A stretch of DNA of 64,000 bases from a virus, in IMG/VR virus record IMGVR_UViG_3300020183_000040, positions 1 to 64,000 of that record; one strand, written 5' to 3'. Positions within the stretch are counted from its first letter, which is position 1. Each line of letters begins with the position of its first letter. The translations under genes were made by a program, and so were the position numbers. Of this stretch, positions 56,917-64,000 are shown piece after piece. Under the pieces are notes generated by a model that saw nothing but the letters and a program-made list of their open reading frames with translations, had not been told where the DNA came from and did not search any database.

Positions 56917-58572
56917 ATGTCAGCAAGTGATTCGATATATCTTGGTAATCCAAATCTAAAGAGGGCAAATATTACTCAGGAATTTACTAATGAACAAATT
57001 AGTGAATTTGCTAGGTGTTACAATGATCCTGTATATTTTATTAGAAAATATGTAAAGATTGTTTCTCTTGATGAAGGTCTTGTTCCTTTTGACATGTATG
57101 ATTTCCAGCAAGAAATGGTATGGAAATTTCATAACAACAGATTCAATATTGCTAAACTTCCTAGACAGTCTGGTAAATCTACGATTGTAACATCATACCT
57201 TTTGTGGTATGTCATTTTCAATGACAACGTAAACGTTGCAATTCTTGCAAACAAAGCAGCTACTTCTCGTGAGATGTTGCAGCGTCTACAAAGATCATAT
57301 GAAAATTTACCTAAGTGGTTGCAGCAGGGTATCGTTCAGTGGAACCGAGGAAGTATTGAACTAGAAAATGGTTCTAAAATCATGGCAGCATCGACCTCTA
57401 GTTCTGCTGTCCGAGGTATGTCATTCAACATCATCTTCCTAGACGAGTTTGCGTTTGTTCCAAACCACATCGCAGATGAATTCTTTAGTTCTGTATATCC
57501 TACCATTTCTTCTGGTCAGAAAACAAAAGTTATTATTATTTCTACCCCAAAGGGTATGAACATGTTCTATAAACTTTGGCATGATGCTGAACGTAATAAG
57601 AACGAATATGTAACTACAGAAGTTCATTGGACAGAAGTTCCTGGTAGAGACGCTACTTGGAAAGCACAGACTATTGCTAACACTTCAGAATCTCAATTCC
57701 GTGTTGAATTCGAGTGTGAATTTTTAGGATCTGTCGATACACTAATTTCTCCATCTAAACTTAGAACTCTAGTTTATGATGAACCGATTACTCAAAATAA
57801 AGGGTTATCTGTATACCATGGATCACAACCAGAACATAATTATACTATTTGTGTTGACGTTGCAAGGGGTGTAGCAAATGATTACTCAGCATTTACCGTT
57901 ATTGATACTACTACTATCCCATACAAATTAGTCGCAAAGTATAGGAACAATGAAATCAAACCTATTATCTTCCCAAATATTATTGTTGACGTTGCTAAAA
58001 ATTACAATCATGCATACATCCTTGTTGAAGTCAATGATGTTGGCGGGCAAGTAGCAGATATTATTCAATATGATTTAGAGTACGAAAACCTCCTAATGGC
58101 ATCAATGCGAGGACGAGCTGGTCAAATTGTTGGTCAGGGATTCTCTGGTAAAAAAACCCAAATGGGGGTAAAAATGTCATCTGCTGTGAAAAAAGTTGGT
58201 TGCCATAATCTTAGAGCACTGATCGAAGAAGATAAACTAATAGTAAATGACTATGATATTATTTCAGAACTTACTACATTTATTGAAAAGGGTCAGACAT
58301 TTCAGGCAGAAGAAGGATGTAATGATGACCTTGCTATGTGCTTGGTAATTTTTTCTTGGTTGGCTCTACAACCTTACTTCAAAGAGATGCATGACGATGA
58401 TGTTCGTCAGAGAATTTACGAGGATCAAAGAGAAGCAATTGAAGAAGATATGGCACCGTTTGGGTTTATGGATGACGGATTGAGTTCAAATCAATTTGTT
58501 GATGCAGAGGGAGAAGTGTGGCATACCGATGAATACGGTGATAAAGCGTATATGTGGGAGTATCTTAGTTGA
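56917..58572 (+). CDS. gp17: Terminase large subunit gp17
   Basis: YLGNPNLK; PRQSGKST (Walker A); IIFLDEFAF (Walker B); DVARG; NDDLAM. Confidence 0.97.
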   Translation: MSASDSIYLGNPNLKRANITQEFTNEQISEFARCYNDPVYFIRKYVKIVSLDEGLVPFDMYDFQQEMVWKFHNNRFNIAKLPRQSGKSTIVTSYLLWYVIFNDNVNVAILANKAATSREMLQRLQRSYENLPKWLQQGIVQWNRGSIELENGSKIMAASTSSSAVRGMSFNIIFLDEFAFVPNHIADEFFSSVYPTISSGQKTKVIIISTPKGMNMFYKLWHDAERNKNEYVTTEVHWTEVPGRDATWKAQTIANTSESQFRVEFECEFLGSVDTLISPSKLRTLVYDEPITQNKGLSVYHGSQPEHNYTICVDVARGVANDYSAFTVIDTTTIPYKLVAKYRNNEIKPIIFPNIIVDVAKNYNHAYILVEVNDVGGQVADIIQYDLEYENLLMASMRGRAGQIVGQGFSGKKTQMGVKMSSAVKKVGCHNLRALIEEDKLIVNDYDIISELTTFIEKGQTFQAEEGCNDDLAMCLVIFSWLALQPYFKEMHDDDVRQRIYEDQREAIEEDMAPFGFMDDGLSSNQFVDAEGEVWHTDEYGDKAYMWEYLS

Positions 58573-58590
58573 TTTTGAAAAATTCCAATT

Positions 58591-58598
58591 TATAAATA
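58591..58598 (+). promoter_or_regulatory. T4 late promoter TATAAATA
   Basis: Exact consensus; AGGAG RBS before gp18. Confidence 0.85.
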
Positions 58599-58637
58599 TT
58601 TCTAGAAACTGTAAAGATTCTTCTAGGAGTATTAGAC

Positions 58638-60920
58638 ATGCCAGCAAATTATCAACTATCTCCTGGTGTAGTTGTTCTAGAGCGCGATCTCACCACCACG
58701 ACTAATGTCCAACAGGGCAACGTTGGTGCAATCGCTGGACCATTCAGATGGGGTCCTGTAAACGCAATTGATGAAGTAAGTGATGAGAACGAGCTTGTAG
58801 ATCGCTACGGAAAGCCAGATGACTATAACTACGAGACTTGGTTCTCAGGTGCCCAATTCCTCTTGTATGGAGGACTTCTGAAAGTTGTCCGTACAGACGC
58901 CGCATCACTAAAAAATGCAGTATCTGATGGTACTTCAACCCCAGTTACAGCAGTCAAAATCAGAAATATCGACGAGTACGAGCAATCCTATGCGGATGAT
59001 GCGACCCTAAACCTGTGGAATTTTGCAGTAAAATATCCTGGTACTTGGGGAAACAGCATTCGTATGTATATGACCGATGCTGGTGCTGACCAAATTCTGG
59101 AACTACCTGCGCCTGGATCTGGTAACGAGTGGAAGTTCACTTCTGGTGATGCGCTATCAACTGCTAGTGGAGCAACTGGTAAAGTTTACAACTACAGAAT
59201 TCGCCTAACACTAGCATCTGGGTATGTTGGAGACTTCAAAACTGGTGCCGCAACAATTGATATCGGTGGCACCGCAACAACTGTAACAGTTACTTCATGG
59301 AGAAAAGATACCAAGACTCTAGAGATTGAGCACGCTGGTATTACTGGCATCATTGCAGCTGGTCAAGACGTTGTTCAAGCATCCTCTGGCGCTTCAGGTG
59401 AGATTGCAACTGCTGGTGTAGCGCGTGAACTACTCACAGTAAGCACCAAAGGTTCAATTCAATTTGTTGCAACTGATGTTATTGAAGATGCTAATAATGT
59501 TGATGTTACAGTAAGTGAGGTTCGTGTCGAGTACTTTGAGCGTGAGTATCTACCCAATCAGCGTTGGGTCAACATTGCTCCTCGCCCAGGAACGACTCGT
59601 TTTGCTGATGAAAAAGGTGCTTACCGTGATGAACTTCATATCCTAGTCATGGACTATGATGGTGGAATCACTGGTACACCATACCAACTGCTAGAGAAAT
59701 TCATCGGTCTATCTAAGGGATCTGATGCTAAGAGCACTGTTGGCGAAACCAACTACTACAAAGAAGTTCTAAAACTCAATTCTAAGTATCTTTACTGGGG
59801 TGAGCATCCAGGTTCTACACAACTATTTACTGTAGGAGCTTCTGCTGCCGTTGGTAACTGGGGTCTTACACTTGCTAATCGTAATTTCAACATCATCAAA
59901 AATTCTCGTGGTAGTCTGGTAGAACCAGTAAACTCAACAGTTTATGGATCTGTAAATAACGCTACTCTTTTCTATGATTTCAAAAATGGTGCTGACTATG
60001 CAATTAGCAATAGTGAGTATCAGTTTACTCAAGATGATCTAAACAGTGCATACGATCAATTCAGTGATCCTGATACTGAAGATGTAAACTTCATTATCAG
60101 TGGACCTGCAGGTACTAGTCAAACAGCTGGACTTGCTAAGATTGCTCACCTTGCAGCAATTGCTGAACAACGTAAGGATTGCATGGCATTCTTCTCACCA
60201 ATTCGTTCATCAATTATTGGTAGAACGGATCCTGATGAAATTACTGATCAAATCACCTCATACTTTGATCAGGCAACGTCTAGTTCTTACTCTGTATTCG
60301 ATAGTGGATACAAGTATATCTACGACAAGTACAATGATAAGTATCGTTACATTCCAACTAATGCTGACATTGCAGGTCTTGTCCTCAATGCAGCACTAAC
60401 ATCTGAGCCTTGGTTCTCACCTGCAGGTTATCAGAGAGGGAATATCCGTAACTCAATCAGACTTGCATTCTCTCCTAAGAGAGATCAACGTGACAAACTT
60501 TATTCTTCACGTATCAATCCAGTCGTAACCTTCCCTGGTCAAGGAACCGTCCTATTCGGTGACAAAACTGCTCTGGGTTATGCATCTGCATTTGATAGAA
60601 TCAATGTTCGTCGCCTGTTCATTGTTATCGAAAAAGTCATCGCTGAAGCAGCAAAGACAATTCTCTTTGAGCAAAACGATGACATCACTCGCAACTCATT
60701 TATTGGTTTGGTCGAGCCATACATGAGAGACGTTCAGGGTCGTAGAGGTGTTGTTGACTTCCTAGTCAAGTGCAACACACAAAACAACCCACAAGATGCT
60801 GTTGATCGTGGTGAGTTTTACGCAGAAATCTTCGTAAAACCAACTCGCACCATCAATTACATCACGCTGACATTTACTGCAACGAGATCTGGCGTTTCGT
60901 TTGCTGAAGTCGCTAATTGA
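58638..60920 (+). CDS. gp18: Tail sheath protein gp18
   Basis: LSPGVVVLERDLT; WFSPAG..RG; FDRINVRRLF; IFVKPTRTINYITLTF. Confidence 0.96.
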   Translation: MPANYQLSPGVVVLERDLTTTTNVQQGNVGAIAGPFRWGPVNAIDEVSDENELVDRYGKPDDYNYETWFSGAQFLLYGGLLKVVRTDAASLKNAVSDGTSTPVTAVKIRNIDEYEQSYADDATLNLWNFAVKYPGTWGNSIRMYMTDAGADQILELPAPGSGNEWKFTSGDALSTASGATGKVYNYRIRLTLASGYVGDFKTGAATIDIGGTATTVTVTSWRKDTKTLEIEHAGITGIIAAGQDVVQASSGASGEIATAGVARELLTVSTKGSIQFVATDVIEDANNVDVTVSEVRVEYFEREYLPNQRWVNIAPRPGTTRFADEKGAYRDELHILVMDYDGGITGTPYQLLEKFIGLSKGSDAKSTVGETNYYKEVLKLNSKYLYWGEHPGSTQLFTVGASAAVGNWGLTLANRNFNIIKNSRGSLVEPVNSTVYGSVNNATLFYDFKNGADYAISNSEYQFTQDDLNSAYDQFSDPDTEDVNFIISGPAGTSQTAGLAKIAHLAAIAEQRKDCMAFFSPIRSSIIGRTDPDEITDQITSYFDQATSSSYSVFDSGYKYIYDKYNDKYRYIPTNADIAGLVLNAALTSEPWFSPAGYQRGNIRNSIRLAFSPKRDQRDKLYSSRINPVVTFPGQGTVLFGDKTALGYASAFDRINVRRLFIVIEKVIAEAAKTILFEQNDDITRNSFIGLVEPYMRDVQGRRGVVDFLVKCNTQNNPQDAVDRGEFYAEIFVKPTRTINYITLTFTATRSGVSFAEVAN

Positions 60921-60930
60921 TATCGTCCGC

Positions 60931-60938
60931 AATAAATA
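60931..60938 (+). promoter_or_regulatory. Late promoter variant AATAAATA
   Basis: Intergenic, upstream of gp19, with an AGGAG RBS. Confidence 0.65.
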
Positions 60939-60959
60939 TAAAAAAAGGAGCAATCAACA

Positions 60960-61616
60960 ATGGCATCTAGTTCTATCGACGCTTTCAAAGCTAGTGTAAA
61001 GAGCGACTTCGCAAGACCCAACTTGTTTGTAGTCGATCTTGCTTTCCCTGGTGCATTGAAGCTAGGAGGAGACGGTGGAGCAACCGCTTCTTCTCAACTT
61101 ACCGCACTTGGTCAATTCACCGTTCGTGCAGCAAACCTCCCATCATCTCAGATGGGAGTTATCGAAGTGCCCTACAGAGGTCGTGTTCTAAAAATTGCGG
61201 GTGACCGTACATTTGAACCATGGACTGTTACTATTATGAACGATACCAACTTCTCACTGCGTAGTGCAATGGAAGCGTGGTTCTCAGCAGTCCAAGCATA
61301 TAATGAAAACTATACCTCACTTGGTACTCTCGGTGATGCATCTGACCAGACTGGTTATTTTGCAGACATGTCTGTAACACAACTATCGCGTGATGCAACA
61401 GAAGGTGGATCTTCGTCTGCCTCAGGTACTTCCGATAAGACGCCTAAGGCGCTTAGGAAGTATAACTTCGTCAACGTATTCCCAAGCAACATTTCTGCTA
61501 TCGATCTTGATTTCGGTAGCAATGACGCAATCGAAGAATTCACTGTTGAACTACAAGTTCAATACTGGACTCCTGCCGTAACTGGCAAAGATTCTGGCAA
61601 CAAAACTGGTTCATAA
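60960..61616 (+). CDS. gp19: Tail tube protein gp19
   Basis: ARPNLFVV; IEVPYRGRVLKIAGDRTFEPWTVT; IEEFTVELQVQYW. Confidence 0.96.
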   Translation: MASSSIDAFKASVKSDFARPNLFVVDLAFPGALKLGGDGGATASSQLTALGQFTVRAANLPSSQMGVIEVPYRGRVLKIAGDRTFEPWTVTIMNDTNFSLRSAMEAWFSAVQAYNENYTSLGTLGDASDQTGYFADMSVTQLSRDATEGGSSSASGTSDKTPKALRKYNFVNVFPSNISAIDLDFGSNDAIEEFTVELQVQYWTPAVTGKDSGNKTGS

Positions 61617-61630
61617 GGTTTTTGATGTCG

Positions 61631-61638
61631 TATAAATA
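61631..61638 (+). promoter_or_regulatory. T4 late promoter TATAAATA
   Basis: Exact consensus upstream of gp20. Confidence 0.85.
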
Positions 61639-61661
61639 AAATTGGGATTTGAATTGATATA

Positions 61662-63314
61662 ATGTCTCAACTCTTTGGATTTTCTATCGAAAGAGCAAAG
61701 AAGGTCCCCAAAGGACCTTCTTTTGTTCAGAAAGATAACCTCGATGGCACAATGCCAGTCGTAGGTGGTGGTTATTATGGTTATGCAGTTGACTTTGATG
61801 CAACTGTCACTAATGATTGGGAACTAATTTCTCGTTATAGAGAAATGATTCTTCAACCAGAATGTGATAGTGCAGTTGATGATATTGTAAATGAAACAAT
61901 TTGTGGTAATTTTGATGATGTTCCTATTGAAATTGAACTGAGTAATCTCAAAGTATCAGATAAAATCAAGAAATTGATTAGAGAAGAATTTGATGAGATT
62001 ATTCGTTTACTAGATTTTGAAAATAGATCATACGAAATTTTTCGTAGATGGTATGTTGATGGACGACTTTTCTTCCATAAGGTTATTGATCCAAAAAATC
62101 CTTCTGGTGGTATTATCGAACTTAGATATGTCGATCCAAGAAAAATTAGAAAAGTAAAAGAAGTAGAAAACAAACCAGTCGAAAGAGCTGCTGGTATAGA
62201 CGAAGCTCTTTCTCAAAAATCGGTTGAGTATTACATCTACCATCCGAAAGGTTTGAAAGCAATGAGTAATATCGGGCAAGGTGCTGGGCAACAGCAAGGA
62301 TTGAGAATTGCTTCCGATTCTATTTGCTACGTGCATTCTGGTATCATGGATTTGAATAAAAACATGGTGCTTTCACATTTACATAAAGCAATCAAGTCTG
62401 TAAATCAACTCCGCATGATTGAAGACTCTCTTGTAATTTACCGTTTGTCTCGTGCTCCAGAAAGAAGAATTTTCTACATTGATGTGGGTAATCTACCTAA
62501 GCAAAAAGCAGAACAATATCTGCGTGAAGTTATGGGTAGATATCGTAATAAGCTGGTTTATGATGCACAAACTGGCGAAATCAGAGATGATAAAAAGTTC
62601 ATGTCGATGCTTGAAGACTTTTGGCTTCCTCGTCGTGAGGGTGGTAGAGGAACGGAAATTACTACTCTCCCTGGCGGGCAAAATCTGGGTGAATTGGAAG
62701 ATGTCAAATACTTCCAAAAGAAACTCTATAAAGCATTGAATGTTCCTGAGTCAAGGATGGAAACAGAACAAACATTCAACATTGGTCGTGCTGCTGAAAT
62801 CACTCGTGATGAAGTAAAATTTCAAAAATTTGTTGCAAGACTTCGTAAAAGATTCTCGGAACTTTTTACTGATATCCTGAAGACTCAACTAGTTTTGAAA
62901 GGTATTATCTCCATTGAAGAATGGGATCAAATAAAAGAGCATATTCAATATGATTATGTTGCTGACAATTACTTTACAGAACTCAAGGAAATTGAAATTA
63001 CTAATGAAAGAATGAATATGGTAAACACCATGGATCCTTTTGTTGGTAAGTATTTTTCAATTGAGTATATTCGTCGTCAAGTTCTAAAACAAACTGATAG
63101 ACAGATACTGGAAATTGATGAACAAATTGAATCTGAAATGCAAGATGGACTTATCCAAGATCCAAATGCAATGGATCCAACAATGATGGGTGGGGCACCA
63201 CCTGCTGATCCAGGTGCAGCAGTAGATCCATCAAACCCTGCTGGCGGAGATGAACAATCTTTATTCTCCAAAGCAGATATTGATGCAGAAGATAAGAAAA
63301 TTTCTAAATTCTAA
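61662..63314 (+). CDS. gp20: Portal vertex protein gp20
   Basis: RRWYVDGR; IYRLSRAPERRIFYIDVGNLPK; EDFWLPRREGGRGTEITTLPG. Confidence 0.97.
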   Translation: MSQLFGFSIERAKKVPKGPSFVQKDNLDGTMPVVGGGYYGYAVDFDATVTNDWELISRYREMILQPECDSAVDDIVNETICGNFDDVPIEIELSNLKVSDKIKKLIREEFDEIIRLLDFENRSYEIFRRWYVDGRLFFHKVIDPKNPSGGIIELRYVDPRKIRKVKEVENKPVERAAGIDEALSQKSVEYYIYHPKGLKAMSNIGQGAGQQQGLRIASDSICYVHSGIMDLNKNMVLSHLHKAIKSVNQLRMIEDSLVIYRLSRAPERRIFYIDVGNLPKQKAEQYLREVMGRYRNKLVYDAQTGEIRDDKKFMSMLEDFWLPRREGGRGTEITTLPGGQNLGELEDVKYFQKKLYKALNVPESRMETEQTFNIGRAAEITRDEVKFQKFVARLRKRFSELFTDILKTQLVLKGIISIEEWDQIKEHIQYDYVADNYFTELKEIEITNERMNMVNTMDPFVGKYFSIEYIRRQVLKQTDRQILEIDEQIESEMQDGLIQDPNAMDPTMMGGAPPADPGAAVDPSNPAGGDEQSLFSKADIDAEDKKISKF

Positions 63315-63339
63315 ATAGTATATACGGAGTGACGTAATT

Positions 63340-63651
63340 ATGTCTAAAAGTGCTAGTGAAATAGTTGATCAAATTTTTTCTGGAGATAAAGTTTCTGCAT
63401 TAGATTCAATTGATAGTGCGTTACAATCTCGGGCATATGACTTGATTCAGCAAACAAAACATGAATTTGCTAAGCAATGGGGTTTTGAACTTGATCAAAC
63501 TGGTCAAGCAGTTGCTGATGAACTTGAAGATACTTTGCCTGATGGTACGGATGCTCCTCAAGATTATGAATTTGATGGTCGAATGCCCCATGAAGCCCCA
63601 GATGATGAAGTAACACCAGAAGAGGAAAACGAAAATGAAACTGATCTCTGA
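63340..63651 (+). CDS. Acidic hypothetical protein between the portal and protease genes (prohead-core position)
   Basis: ORF track; GGAG RBS; CTAAATA upstream; synteny. Confidence 0.7.
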   Translation: MSKSASEIVDQIFSGDKVSALDSIDSALQSRAYDLIQQTKHEFAKQWGFELDQTGQAVADELEDTLPDGTDAPQDYEFDGRMPHEAPDDEVTPEEENENETDL

Positions 63652-64000
63652 GCAAATTGTAGACGTAAAATTTATTGCCGAAGAAGTAGAAGGTAAAAAA
63701 AATTACTTCATCGAAGGTATTTTTCTACAAGGAGAAATCAAGAATCGTAATGGAAGACTGTATCCAATGAGTGTTTTGGATAGAGAAGTTGCTAAATATG
63801 ATGAAAACTTTATCCAGAGTGGTCGCGCCCTTGGCGAACTTGGTCACCCTGATGGTCCATCTTTGAACCTAGATAGAGTTTCACACAAAATTATGCACCT
63901 CAAAAAAGAGGGAACCAACTATGTTGGTAGAGCAAAAATTTTGGCAACTCCCATGGGACAAATTGCAAAGAATCTTCTAGACGAAGGTATCAAACTTGGA
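63635..64000 (+). CDS. gp21: Prohead protease gp21, 5' part (truncated by window end)
   Basis: Translated by hand: MKLISEQ...YFIEGIFLQGEIKNRNGRLYP...RALGELGHPDGP..NLDRVSH...ATPMGQIAK. Confidence 0.92.
   Translation, partial: MKLISEQIVDVKFIAEEVEGKKNYFIEGIFLQGEIKNRNGRLYPMSVLDREVAKYDENFIQSGRALGELGHPDGPSLNLDRVSHKIMHLKKEGTNYVGRAKILATPMGQIAKNLLDEGIKLG

Noticed and set aside
56917-63314. Introns, inteins or homing endonucleases in gp17, gp18 or gp20
   Set aside because: The ORFs are continuous and of expected size, with no intein or LAGLIDADG/HNH/GIY-YIG motifs seen.
1-64000. TTAA absence as UV (thymine-dimer) avoidance or an alternative genetic code
   Set aside because: TT and TTT runs are abundant. 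All three stop codons end genes normally, and long genes are intact under the standard code.
1-64000. tRNA genes or photosynthesis auxiliary genes (psbA, hli, cpeT, petE)
   Set aside because: No cloverleaf or standalone gene of these types was recognised in this window.

Overview
This AT-rich window comes from a T4-like cyanobacterial myophage (Kyanoviridae-type), and essentially all real genes are on the + strand. Positions 1-2.5 kb hold small early-type ORFs driven by sigma70-like promoters. Two of these promoters share a palindromic upstream box, and the block contains a cluster of TTTTCCACA (cyanobacterial DnaA-box-like) motifs. A non-coding GC-rich/AT-rich junction follows at about 2.53-2.70 kb. 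The virion morphogenesis module comes next: a 1024-aa structural protein, a PAAR protein, gp25, gp6, a ~6170-aa gp7-like baseplate protein, YHYH- and cupredoxin-motif proteins, gp8, a VrlC-like protein, a long tail fibre, gp13-gp16, a block of small ORFs with a nuclease, gp17-gp20 and the start of gp21, with T4 late promoters (TATAAATA). Four observations stand out. (1) The giant baseplate protein carries tandem helical domains resembling phycobiliprotein subunits, with Cys at both the 84-like (CxxD) and 155-like positions. (2) A probable capsid-targeted internal polyprotein has a T3-SAMase-like first domain. (3) TTAA and CCGG appear to be absent from the whole window. (4) The early region has a DnaA-box cluster. 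All homology calls come from motif recognition by eye; no searches were run.
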